From assembly GCF_964355755.1 (NCBI RefSeq), contig NC_092680.1:19787045-19851044 (forward strand): a stretch of DNA of 64,000 nt. The letters are read 5' to 3'. Positions 14,601-27,811 of this stretch are shown in pieces. This DNA comes from Antedon mediterranea. Its lineage: Eukaryota > Animalia > Echinodermata. How positions within the stretch are numbered: position 1 is the first letter of the stretch; every line of letters starts with the position of its first letter. Made by a program: the position numbers and the translations under genes. The notes under the pieces are model-generated. The model saw only the letters and a list, made by a program, of their open reading frames with translations, was not told the origin of the DNA and ran no database searches.

Positions 14601-14962
14601 GCGCATGTCAATTGTGCTACAGTAACCAGTTTTGACATAATTGGTTACTATAGCATAATAAACATGCGCAGAGTCGACTAATGGGTTCTGCGCATGTTAA
14701 TTGTGCTATAGTAACCAGTTTTATCGAAAAATAAAAAGGTCGAAAATTGGCCATTTTTTGGAAAAAAATCCCTGTACTATAGTACAGAAAAATTTTCGAA
14801 AAATGGCCGATTTTCGACCCTTTTATTTTTTGACATAAATGGTTACTATAGCATAATAAACATTCGCAGAGTCGACTAATTGGTTCTGCGCATGTTAATT
14901 GTGCTATAGTATCCAGTTTTATCGCAAAATTAAAAGGTCGAAAACTGGCCATTTTTTGAAAA
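8687..14962. repeat. Satellite block B: 196-bp quasi-palindromic monomer plus 89-bp deletion monomer, with higher-order repeats
   Basis: The monomer is a 91-bp arm, its imperfect reverse complement and a 14-bp spacer gtcgactaatgggt. ORF-track periodicities of 285/286, 647 and ~796 bp match sums of monomers. Confidence 0.97.
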
Positions 14963-16879
14963 ATTAGAGTTAGTCTTTGGTGACAATAGTAACACACACT
15001 TGTAATTGAGTGTTATTTTGATTTTTAAATTTCATATTTCTAGTTAAAATTTTAAAGTGTATCATTCCCTAAATAGCCCAAAAAGCTAAAAAAGTGATTT
15101 TTGAAAAAATTTGTCAGTTGAGTCTTTCTTTCATGTATAACTAAAGGGATTTTTTTTTAAATGGCCAATATCAACTTTTTAAAATTCAATAATTAACTGA
15201 ATTATCACCACTGAAACTGAGTCAGTTACAAATTATTTAGTTTCCATGGCAATAATTCTGCAACTAATAGCTGTGGAATTTACAGAGGAATTTTGTTGGT
15301 TTGAACTTTGTTTGGTTTTATGTTTCATGTCTGAATCCAGATGTTGTTGGCAAGCCTGAAATAGCATTTTCATTATGAATACATATTCTATGTATTAATT
15401 ATAAATACAATTAAGTGACCAGACATGAAATGATATAATATTTCCCATGACATGATAATGATTATTCTAGAAAACAATTACACTAAGAAAAACCAACAAT
15501 AATAAAATTATTATTGATTTTCCACTTTTTCATCTATAAATTATTAAATGTATGGAACAAAACAAATTTGTTAGAATTGAGCAGAACAGATGTATTTACT
15601 CCATAAATATACTGATAACTTATTAGTTCAAACTTCAACACATTTTTTTGTTTCATTCAACTCTATTAATTTTTAGCTGAAAAAACACAAATTAAAAATA
15701 ATACACCTACTATATTTTAAATAATAATATTTATAAATGTTGTCATTATAATTGAAACAACTGTAACCATTGGGTTAAAATATCATTAAATATTAACTTT
15801 ATTAATTTAAATATAACAAGATTTAAAATGCAATAAAAAATTACTGATTCTGTATTTTATTGATTAAGTTAAAATCTTTCTCAATATGCTTTCCATACTT
15901 TGTATGAATACGATTACTTTTGTTGAGATATAATTCAGATAGGAAATATTGAATTGATGTAAAGCAAGTTATATTTCCTAATCTTTAAATTTGCATTCAA
16001 ACTGCGTTTGAAATACATATGAAATAAGACAAGGATGAATTATGTAAATTCTGATATTAATGTTATTGCAAATGAATACAGAAAGAGAGAATTGACTTAT
16101 TAATCATTAATATGCAATAAATATTTAATTACAAGTTCAGGGAGTGTGCATAATATTTCATTTAATATTATTTTTAAGCTAGATAACAATAAATTTTGTT
16201 CATAAATTATATAAATATACTAATTTATCATTTATGGTTAATTAAAAACAGGGTTTTAAGACTATGAATATACATGTGTACCAACGATATTAAGAATTTT
16301 AGTTTTATAGTAATATTTATTACGTTTTACTTATTTTTAAATTTCATATAATTTGTATATTTTTATATCATTCCCACATGGTTTGGTCACATTTATGCAG
16401 CTAAGTTTTGCAATTTCTTTCTTTGTTTTATTCTACTCATGTTTCATTTATTTATTTTTTTTGCTTATTGGGGTTTGTGACATGTGTATACGACGTACCT
16501 GCAATTTGTGCATAAAAAAGAGCGACTTTGTACACCAATATATGGTATGTCAACATATTAATTCTTTATTTCAATCCTTGAATCACTAGTGTTAACACCA
16601 TGGCCACAATCGAGGTCTTCTGTGGGCTAACAAACACAAACTACAGTTACTAACATTTATCTTTAAAATTTAAAAATTCTTTTGAGATGATGCATTTATA
16701 AATTTGTTCTAAAGTGTTAGCATCAATGGTTCAGCTGTAAAACATTAACAATAGTGTTTACTTGTGATTTATGAGTGGTTAAAAATACTCACTTCTTGTG
16801 AAACTTTGTTTATTTGACTGAGGTTGTGGCAGAGAAGACAATCAGCCAGTCAGTTTGTGAGGTTGAATTAGCTTTCATA

Positions 16880-16892
16880 AGGTCAGAGGTCA
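16880..16892 (+). promoter_or_regulatory. Perfect nuclear-receptor DR1 element AGGTCA-G-AGGTCA
   Basis: Exact consensus match in non-repetitive DNA; function untested. Confidence 0.35.
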
Positions 16893-17981
16893 ATCTGTCA
16901 TTACTTTAACAATTTGAACCAAAACAAGGAAACCTTTCATTCAGATTGGTTGACAAGAAGTATCTCTTGGGAACCAAGTCTGATGGAGAAATAATGGGAG
17001 GGCTGGATATATACAAGCACAGCAATGATTATGATAATTTTAGCTTATGGAATCCTTTAATAAATGTGTCAGGTAACCTAGAAATGTCTCCCTTGATGGT
17101 GAATGGTATAACTTTATACATTAATGTACTGAAATAACATTAGGTAGGAGCTTTGCATTGTTTTGTCATAGTTATGTCATGTTAATTAATTGTGCACATG
17201 CGCGGATATCACGCTTCTTAATTCCATAACACAGTTTTGGTCGATTCTAAGTGCAGGAGATGACCAATGGCACAATATGCGTAGGTTGATTGATAGAGGC
17301 CTTTTGCACATGATGCCACTGAAACCTACAGAACTGTATCTCCCATTCAGTTCCTGGATATAGAACCTTGCATTTTTATATTAGCCGGTCACCTTTCGTA
17401 GTACTAGTAATAATACTGATCTTTCCATAGTAGAAATATGACCTACACACTTTATTCTAAGTTTTTTTTCCAACTGAACTTATTTAAAAATAGTATGCAC
17501 TAAAATTGTGTGGTAACTAATAATATAGTAATATTGACAGTACCTCCTTGACAGTCCACTGTGCTCAACTGTGACAGGAATGCAGAGAGTGTATGTATCT
17601 AGTTAGCAGGCCAGCATGGGTTGTTTCTACGTCATACTTCCACCAATTAGTGTGCAGTTCATATTCATATCAAAATAGGATCAGAGCCAAGGTCAGAAAA
17701 ACATCACATCATGGAGAGAATTAATTTATTTCACCATAGTCACATATAATTGGTTTCTGCTGCATAATTCTAAATAACCGTTTATTTTCTTTATAGATAG
17801 ACTGACAGAATTTTTGCTATTACTGTATATACAATATGCTGGAAAACAAAATATCTAAATTTAAAATGTCATTATTACTCAAAATATGATGCGCTTAGAA
17901 GGTCAGACATTTTGGTAATCGACTCGTGGTCAAGTTGGTCAATCAAATGACCATTTTTCTGCTTTGCAGCTATTTAAAAAA

Positions 17982-18290
17982 AAATAATAATAATATCCTG
18001 GATTTATATAGTGCCAGTGTTGTGAAACCTCTAAGCGGTGAACATAATTACCCCAGTCATTTTTTTTTGGATCAAACAAGTATGGAAACATATACTCCTA
18101 TAATGCATCTAGTAATCAGCGCAAAGTTGTGTCTTGATCTAACCGGGTTCCCATTTATACACCTGGATGTAGAGAGACAAACGTAAGTAAAGGACTTGCC
18201 TAAGGATACAAGCAATGCGACGAGAGTAGGATTCGAACCTCGATCTCAGGATCAGTAGTTGAACGTCCAACACAATGCGCCACACGCCCT
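17982..18290 (-). mobile_element. tRNA-derived CORE-type SINE, near full length
   Basis: A box tggcgcattgtgttgg, B box ggttcgaatcc, CORE-like tccttaggcaag...ccaggtgtataaatggg and tail ggcactatataa...(att)n; homologous copies at 45777 and 61900. Confidence 0.8.
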
Positions 18291-18984
18291 TACAAATAAG
18301 AAGATAACTGTTAAAATGGTATTCCAATCAATTGAATGTTTTTTTTAACCATTCTTTTGAAAATTCTATTTAAAACCAGTTATTTTGAAATTTGTCTCGT
18401 TTCTGCTGCCGAGAAAGTCAGCAGTAGAAAAGAAGGTATAGGTTAAATCGCCCATGGTAAACATACTTTAACAAGAACATAGTGCAGTTCTTGGAAACAT
18501 AATTTGTGGAATGCAGTCAAATCAATATAGATCACATGACCTAATTTTCAAATATCCAATGGGAATTAAGAGATAAATTACAGGGTTAAGTACAGCTGCC
18601 AGGAGGATTCACATAAACATTAATTCGTTGTTTGAATTATTTCAAAAGTAAAAGATAAATTTCAAAGATTATACAATAATTTTCTCTCACAATTGTTAAT
18701 AAGCATAGTGCATTGCTTCATATGAAATAACATGTGAACACACCCTTACGGCCATTTGAAATCAGCACTACTGACACTTATGGCAGCCCCTGCATCTAGT
18801 ATCTGCCTCAGACGTATTGACTTATGCCTTTCTTCTGGTCAAGAGAAGCCCTTGATCAATGTTAGGACCGATCAAGGTGCTTTAAACAGTCCTGGCTTTG
18901 TTTGTATCAAACCTGTTAGTGGTGGTAATTATCACTGTTGGTTTTGATTGAATAAAATAAGAAAAAAAAATTAATACCTTCAGA

Positions 18985-19525
18985 AGCCTCTAATTAAATA
19001 ACAACTGCATTCAGTAGTGCACAACATTGCTTCAGATTAGATACCATGTGAACACACCCTTAATACCGTCAAGAGCCTTCTATAATTATGTTATTTAATA
19101 ACAACTGCATTCAGTAGTGCACAACATTGCTTCAGATTAAATACCATGTGAACACACCCTTAATACCGTCAAGAGCCTTCTATAATTATGTTATTTAATA
19201 ACAACTGTATTCAGTAGTGCAGGCAACATTACTTCAGATTAGATACCATGTGAACACACTCTTAATACCGTCATGAGTAGTGCAGGCAACATTGCTTCAG
19301 ATTAGATACCATGTGAACACACCCTTATAACCTTCAGATGACTTCTAACACAACTGTATTCAGTAGTGCAGGCAACATTGCTTCAGATTAGGCACCATGT
19401 GAACACAGTTTTAATACCTTCAGATGACTTCTTCTATATTATAGTATATACTGTAATATAACTAAATTCAGTAGTGTACAACATTGCTTCAGATTAGGTA
19501 CCATGTGAACACAGCCTTAATGCCT
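18985..19525. repeat. Tandem repeat, ~6 copies of a 60-105 bp unit
   Basis: cagtagtgcacaacattgcttcagattagataccatgtgaacacacccttaatacc repeated; a diverged copy lies at ~18708-18750. Confidence 0.9.
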
Positions 19526-20106
19526 TCCTTAGAAAATAATAATCCAGTAGGAATTAGAACACCACAATGAAACAATAATCGCCCATAGGGAACTAGTTAG
19601 TAATAATAAACAAGTAAAACTGGCAAAGTAAAAACAAGTAGAGTAGGTCAAGGCAGCTAGAATTAATCATTAGACAATTAAACACACTTTTTAAATATAT
19701 TTTTTGTCCCAATTAAATGAAATTTAACTACTATTACTGATAGATACATAAATTAACTTCTAGTATATCACTGAGCGATTTAGAATTTCTTTTGCCTGTC
19801 AAATTTATATATATTGATCATGATTTGGATAAAATATAATACACAGATTTATGTTATATATATATATACAGCACGATAAAACCTTGTATTGCAACAGAAA
19901 AAAAAAACCAGTATTGAGACATGGTTTTTTTATGTACTTGAGTTACCATAATATACAATTATATCAGGTAATGTAAACATTGTATTTGATCCAATGTTTA
20001 AAATATCTAGCAAAAATAATTTTTCCCAAAGTGGGTTAACCAGAGTTATACTAATCCCGTCCCCTCCTGCAGTAGGAGAAAATGTGAATAACAATGGAGG
20101 AATTAA

Positions 20107-20258
20107 TCTGTATCACTATCAAACTTTATGTAACAAAAAATGTGATGTGCCAATATGGACATGATTATCATATCACTACCATATATGGGCATATCACTGC
20201 TATATTTGGGCACATCACATTTTTGTTGTCAAACTAATTTGATAGTGTAGACAGAGCT
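20107..20258. mobile_element. Harbinger-type MITE family M1
   Basis: cactatcaaa...tttgatagtgtagacagagct followed by TAA. Confidence 0.8.
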
Positions 20259-22914
20259 TAAATATGAATCTGTTTGAACCCTGTTTGAACATGGGAAAGA
20301 TTAAACTACCTGATACACAAAGGTGTCAAAAGAGCATCAGTCATAATCAAATTAAGTTAAGACATCATTTCATTATATAATATCTAATATCCGGAAACAC
20401 TACTCTGATACATAGAATTAAAAATTATACTTTTGATATCAAGAATTATAGGGTCAAAGGAAGTAAATAGTGCAAAGCTATTTTGCCATTTTTATTTAAA
20501 ATTCTTAATCCATTACCCTTTTATATTTTTTTGTCACCTATATTTCAACCTGTTCTACCAAAAAAACCTTTTATTATGGAACAAAGCTCAACCCACAGAT
20601 GTTTAATAAGAAAAAAAACTTTCTGCTCTGATTCCTGCATTAACGTTTTAAGTTAAATTTAGCATATACTAAGATGCCTATTATATTTCCAAGGTTTTTC
20701 ATAAACTATTTGTTTATATACAGTATTTTCAAATTTGAATTGACAAAGGATCATATTTATTTATTAATTGAGGGAGACCATGTCCTAATACAACATAGAT
20801 AGACGTGTGAACTTGTGATGTGTGAACAATACATACAAAAAACAATACATCACATTAGTGGGTGGGGAGTAGGTGATACAGCCCTTATCTGTTAAAGGAA
20901 AAAGGTTTCATTTCTACTGGTGGTGCTCATAAATGAATTATATACCCAGGAATGTAAAAACAATAACTAAAGTCTATTACTATTAGGTATAGGGCTGGAA
21001 ATTAAGGGGTATTTGTGACAAAAACCATTGCCACTAACCACGATATATGTTACAAAAACTATCTGTTCGCAAGCAAATTTGTGATATAGATAAACCAAAA
21101 TTAGAAGTCAAATCGCTAACTTTTGGTATAACTGATCCCGGTCGGTTAAGCACAATCGCGGATCCACATCGCAATGGTTAATCTAGCTCTGAAACTGGAT
21201 TACAATCCGCTAGTGTTCCCCAGACCAATGTTCATAAGAAATAAGATTGTTGAAGCATGATTGTCATTGGATTAGAACTTGAATTTTCAAAATGTATGGA
21301 ATTTAATTATTATGAAATGTCAAGTAGACAGTAAAAAGAGGTAAAATAGTATATGCCTATTGCAGTATTCGTTGCATGCTTGCAGTACTTTATCTTGCAA
21401 CTGTAGTTAAATGCAACTTGGTTGATTGACTGAAAATGTATAAATTCAAAAGACCTATAATAGTTTGGGATTTCCCTGAGGCAGGAAGGGTCATGCATTA
21501 TTTACACTCAGTGCAAGGTCACCTCTAAACTAATCAAACAATGAACTTTAAATTAGTTGTGTTTTTTAGTTTTACAATAATTTGTTTGATTAATATATTA
21601 ACACAGGAACAATTATATGAATGGGTAATCCAACCTGTGAACTAGCCCTGTGGCAAAAAAAATAAAATTCTCACAAGTGTGATCAAGATATTATAATATC
21701 TTTTATTCGTTAATTAGTATTAGCTCCACTTGATAACAACAGTGAAAGACTATGATTAAATATAAATGCTTTTAAGTTTATAATTTCCAAAGTTTAACAA
21801 TCTCAGATTAAAACTGTGAAAAACAATAAAATACCCAGACTGGGACTAAATTTGAGACTATAGGCCTATACAATTGAGCTTATTTAAAAGAAAATAGCCA
21901 ATGGTAATACTAAATGTTATTTATTTTGTGTAACTGAGTGTTTAATTGAATATCAATTTAGATTTAGGATTTAATAATTAATTGGAAAGGGGGCGGTGTA
22001 TGGTATTTAAGGACTTTACATTGTATTTTGGGCAATTCAGGCTGTTTAAATCCATCAATTCAATAAATATGGCAAATTTCCAATTCAGCGTTGTCATATT
22101 CCAAGCGCATATTCTGATGCATAATTGTTTATTTGTTGATATTAAAAATATAATCATACACTGACCATATTCCTGCTAAGTTTGAGCTCCCCATAAAATC
22201 TTTAAATCAGTGAGTGGTCATTATGGTTACCTAAATTCAATGCGCTAAAGTGATCAAAACATTACGGTAGTTACCTCAAGGTCGGCTTCTTAATATTATT
22301 TTTTTCGTATATCGAGTGAGGGTTTTTGAGTATATGGACTATTCTATACCCCTCCCCCCCCCAAAAAAAACTTCCCTGTAAAATTTTCAACCACCCTCTC
22401 CCTTCTCCAATAAATCCTCCTGAACAATAAACGCCTCAGGGAAATTATTCAAATAAATGCGGAAACCACGGTCGTTTGCTTTTAGCAGAAATCCAACTAA
22501 AAGAAACAGGTTAAAATTATTATTCAGTATTCAATTCTAAATATTATTTTGTTAAGATGCACAAAAGTCATCGACAAACCATAGAGATATAAGTTAAGTT
22601 CAAGACATGGTTGAAGGATGGGCATTGCCATTAATTAAGTTCAGTTCTTTATATCGTCCATTCAGGTTGAAATATAATATTATATCTAGTGAAATGAGAT
22701 GGAGTTAGTATCACAATACTATTTAATTACATTTGGGTACTAGATATTTTCCCTCTGTTCTTTATTCAATATGTTACATAGTTGAAAGAAAGTCCTGCTA
22801 TCTATAAATAGCATTATAGTACCAGTAGAATCATTGGCATAGTGGGGCCAGTCAAAAGGCACTTGACAGTGGAATCTTAATTTATAACAAACATGGTTGC
22901 CAACATCAACAGTG

Positions 22915-23157
22915 ATATAGTACTTTGTTTGTTTGTTATTTAGCATGATAGTGAGTACAATTTTCAAGTTATTATTCTGAATTTTTCGGTGTAAATAGGT
23001 ACAAAACATATCTATTGAAATTCATGAAAATCGTTTCATTAATAAAACTTTACAAATAAAAAAAATAAAAATTTGTATTCTTTTAACATGGGCTGACACC
23101 ACCCTCTGTGGCAATATTTCACGAAGTACTTCACTCAGTTTCTGAGTGCTTTCATAT
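22915..23157 (-). mobile_element. Interspersed repeat, probable Helentron-associated non-autonomous element (family H1)
   Basis: Reverse-complement homologue of 36866-37136 (agtacttcactcagtttctgagtgctttcat; ttattattctgaatttttcggtgtaaata). Confidence 0.65.
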
Positions 23158-25649
23158 TGTGATCTCACAGTATGTTGACTATGGTTTTGTTTACATTTAC
23201 AACACTTTTAAGAACCTGGAACATGCTGCTGGCACCAAAGAACTAGAACCATACCTCCCAACTCGGAAAAATGGAACATCGGGAAGATTTTCAAAGCATT
23301 ACTAAACTATAGAGGGTGCTATAATATTATAAAAATTACCTCAAACTACAGGTAGGTCGCTATTACGCAATAGAAAAATATTGCCATTTATAATAATAAA
23401 CATGGGTATTTCATGGCGTACTGAAACGGAAAATGTTGAGAATATTGTATTTTAGCCACGCATTGGTCTCGGGTATAGAAAAATAGTATTGGGTATGGAA
23501 ATATGCATATAATCATAAAACAATGATGTAATTATGAGAATCAAAGAAACTGTCAACTGAAAGTTAATAAAATATTGAAAAGTACTAAATAAATATCTAA
23601 TGACAATTAAAAAATTAATACAATACATTCTTTTGTACTAGTGTGTGAAAAAAAGTATATTCTATACCACGTATATATTTTCAAACAACGCATTATTATG
23701 AGAAAAATCTGCAAACAGTGTTTGTGATGATTGTTTTGTGTCAATAGAAATACAAACACAGGGGAGTACATGTTAGTTCACTAACCTAGCTAACAATATA
23801 GGCTTAAAAAATTACCTGCCCCTACACACACAGACAAAGCAAGTTATTGTATTGTTAGTGGTTAATGAGGGAGTACAGCCGTAAAAAAACTTAGTCGGTT
23901 TTCATCGAAGCAAAAGCATTCTTTGTTGTCGATTTCACGACCATTGAAAGCGTTAGCTGTTGCAAGCGACAATTTTGATACAGAAATCGAGAAAAAACAT
24001 TTAGGTTGGGCTTCTCTGATCGATATTATGGTTGATATTTGTTTGGAATATAAACAAATTGCCTATTTTTGTGTTCACACAATTTTGCAGGCTTCTTGAC
24101 ATAAGTGATAACCAAAAAATAATTACTATGAGTAACAATGCATGCTGGTCTATTAACCCAATCCCCAATTTTAACTAATTTAACAATAATTCATATGGGT
24201 ATAATTGTTAATCCTGGGCTATTAATACTCTTCCTCCAAACTGTCTCAATTTCATTTTCAAAGCAAGCGACATGGTTCGCTACATCAATAACAAAGAATG
24301 GAAAGTAGCTCATTCAATATATACAGTAGTAACTTTTTTAAGCTATTAAAACAATTTTTATAATTCAACAAAAATTTAACTACAACATAAAACTCTTTTT
24401 TCTCTCACTACTTATTATATCAATTTGTATAACTATTATCTCCAACACCTGGTAAAATATCACAATAAAATTTGTTTTATGTCATTTGTTTTTTTAAAGA
24501 AAATGTTATGAAAGGAACGAACATTCGTTTATTGAGATTTTAACCTTGAAAGAATTATTAGTAATCACCTAATCAATACTGAGTAAAAATATGGCATAAT
24601 AAAATCAAAGTATACACTATCTTTTCTTTATTAATTCACTTTAAACCTATTTTTAAAAATTGAGCAGATGTGTTAAAGATTGAATAAACTCTACAATTTT
24701 ATTTCCATTGACAAAAAAATAATCTGGAAAAACCCTGATTCTCCTTTTATATTTATTTTAATATTTATTCAGTCTATTTCAGTATATACAAAACAAAAAA
24801 AAAATGAAATTGGGGGGACCAGGGTCAACTTAAGTGAACTTAATCACTGTAGCTGAGCCAGTTGATATTTGTATTTTTGTACTTCAGTCTTAGGCCTACT
24901 ACTATGCTTTTATCTTTCTGTATTTTTCTTTACTTTTAAACTTGTTGTAAATGGACCATTTTGGAAAGCATGTATTGCGTTACTGAAAATGCATTTAAAA
25001 GAAAGAATAAATAAATAAATAAAGTATGGAGAATAGCAAAATGATATTTACAGTGGGTATGTAACTAGATGGGATTGGTGTCAACAAGCTAAAGATAATT
25101 TCTGGTACTCAGAAGTGGGTACTATGTTGGCCTGGCTGGAAAGCTTAAAAGTAGGCTTTTTATAGGCTGAGTTTGAATGTGGATTTCTCCCATTTACCTC
25201 CACACAAGGTGAAACGTGTAATAACAAAAAATTCTATTAATACAAAACTTATCTTCAGTAAAATCCTGAAATCTATCCAAAGAATATAGAGGGCGACAAA
25301 GTTTTATTTTTAGGGATTTTTGTGAATATTTCTAGTTGCATATTAGCTCTCATTGATCAACGCTGGAAATTGTTTAAAGGTAAATCGTGACAAATCCTTA
25401 TTCATCGTTTTGCATCCACGTCAAACACACTTCTTCGTTTCCGAAGCTTATAGATCAATTTACAGCAAAGTATCTTGTTTTCTTCAGTGAATGAGTAGTT
25501 AGTTTACTCATGCAAACACAATCATTCTGCTCTAGTCTATGAAGAAGTGTGAATGAGTAGTTTATGTTTTACTCACTGCTTTAGTCTTGGAAGGAGTGTC
25601 AACAATAATTACACCAAAATAAACCTTTGATATTATTATACTACTATTG

Positions 25650-25735
25650 AAATGATAATAAATAATAATAATAATAATGATAATAAATGATAATAAATAA
25701 TAATAATAATATTAATAATAAATGATAATAAATAG
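25650..25735. repeat. Imperfect (AAT)n microsatellite
   Basis: Direct reading. Confidence 0.9.
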
Positions 25736-26493
25736 AAGAATGAACAAATTATATAAATTATTCACAATCAATGCAAAAATCAAAGAAATTGAATATTAAA
25801 ATATGGAATTTAAACTGTCACATAACCTACTGTAAGCAATAATCTAAACAATAATATTTAAATACAACAGTGTAATTAAAAAAAAAAGAAGTGTCCTAGT
25901 GTTATTGTTTGTCTAATTTTGCTAACTTTATATTCATTTTCTACTTTGATTTTAATATTTAATACTATACTATGTTTGACTGTAAAATGTTATTGTTATA
26001 ATATGGCCTTGCGGAGAACACCAATAAGTTTTTTCTGTTGCAAAAATAAAGACTTTATTATTAATATTATATTACTTAATATTGCATTCTAATTTAAAGG
26101 TAAAGAGTGAAGTATTTATTACACCATACAGTATGATGAAACCATGGCTATCACCAGGAATAATACTAATAATGTTATTATCATATTACTACAGTTTAAT
26201 ATCTAACTTATTTTGTATAAGTTAACAATAATCAAACAAGAATAACAAATGATTTTTAAATGCAGCTTAAGCGGACAGAATATGAATTGGGCAGTGAAAA
26301 ACAAAACTGTAGAACTGTGTAAAAACCTGTATAAAATGAAGATAGCACTTGATAATGCTTATAAGTTCATTTACACCAATAACCTTGATATAGTAATCAG
26401 TAACAGATCAGAAAAATTCCTCAAGATTATGACAATATCATAGCTTATTGCCTTTTACCATGAAGAAATGTATGTAATGATTAAGTTGCATAA

Positions 26494-26633
26494 AGCTCTG
26501 TCTACACTATCAAATCAAACTTCATGTGACAAAAAATGTGATGTGCCCATATATGGACCTGATATTAATGTCATAACACTACCATATGGGCATATCTCAC
26601 TTTTTTTTCACATAAAGTTTGACAGTGTAGACA
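26494..26633. mobile_element. Harbinger-type MITE family M1
   Basis: TAA then TIR agctctgtctacactatcaaa ... tttgacagtgtagaca. Confidence 0.85.
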
Positions 26634-27650
26634 TTACTTATGAGTTTAACAGGCTACCTGAAAGAATACATGCTAACCAATGTCACATTAAACTTGATAT
26701 CATGTTATCTATAGAAATATCAGAAAAATATGATGAATTTTCAGATGTATTTATGGTAATTCCTTAATTTTATGAACAAGAAAGAAACAAGGTAGCTTGT
26801 AATTTATTGATGTGGGTATGATGACTTGTTATGACGTCAAGTAGGCATAAATATGAATAATTTATTTTACAAAAATTAATTACTATGCTAAACATTATAA
26901 TTTTTTTCCAATTTCTCTAACCACGATCACAGCCCTTCAAAATTGTTTAGCAACCAAATTTTATCCTGTGGCCCATAGTTTGCGAGAACGCTGTACTATA
27001 TAATATCCTTATACACTTTCAGAACATTCAGTTAGTAACAAAAGGCTGTTGGTTACCATGTAAAAAACACAATTTTTTTTAAATGAGAAAGACACCTGTT
27101 TTCATAAACGAGAGTAAAAGTTTAATATCATGGTTAAATAAAAGGTAAGTATAAGAATAACAAGACCCAAATAAGTCCCTATACTGTAAAAGTTCAATAA
27201 ACAGCTTTTTCAACTGTTCTGTACGCAAACAAATAGTGTGGTTATGGTTTCCTCAGAAGTAGACAAATGAATCAACCTGCATCGATAATAAAAACCACTT
27301 TACACCTGAAAGAAATTTTATGTAGCAACCTTTTAAATTAATAAATTGCTTCTTTTAAACAACATTTTTTCAGGTTTTTTTCTTAATGTCATATATTAAA
27401 TATCATAAATTCATTATCAGAACAATTGCATAATATAATTGGTAGACAAACCAAAAATTAAATGTTTAAAATGAATTACTTCATCGAACCATTAGCCTTG
27501 GTCTCCTATTGTTACAAAAGCTTAAACTGTAGCACATAAAACAAAGGTGAAAATCATAAAACACAAACTAACGTGTGGATCTGCACAGAGTACTGTATTG
27601 CAGTAAAATTGTTCTTTGATAACCACAAAAAGGTCTCTGCCAAATAATAG

Positions 27651-27811
27651 GGACCCTGTCTACACTATCAAACAAGTTTGACAAAAAAAGTGCGATGTGC
27701 TTAAATATGGTAGTGATATGCTCAAATATGGTAGTGATATGACATCATCATATCCATATATGGGCACCGTATCACATTTTTTTGCCACATAAAGTTAGTG
27801 TAGAAAGAGCG
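27651..27811. mobile_element. Harbinger-type MITE family M1
   Basis: ctgtctacactatcaaac ... tagtgtagaaagagc; internal aaatatggtagtgatatg x2. Confidence 0.8.

Noticed and set aside
8687-14962. CRISPR-like repeat-spacer array
   Set aside because: The spacers are invariant, there are no cas genes, and the context is eukaryotic.
8687-14962. Rolling-hairpin (parvovirus-like) replication concatemer
   Set aside because: The 14-bp asymmetric spacer keeps one orientation throughout; flip-flop alternation would be expected.
8582-14997. About 20 near-identical 67-128 aa ORFs (MSKLVTIAQLTCAEPISRLCACLLCYSNHLC...) resembling a tandem peptide gene family
   Set aside because: They are translations of the palindromic satellite; frames shift with homopolymer length, and there is no domain or splice signal.
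18585-18610. miR-252-like 22-mer; also seed-like matches at ~4503, ~33701 and ~38115
   Set aside because: Only partial or seed matches, with no convincing precursor hairpin.
26468-26767. 99-aa ORF (and similar ORFs at 2659 and 31611)
   Set aside because: They run through MITE family M1 sequence, with no coding signature.
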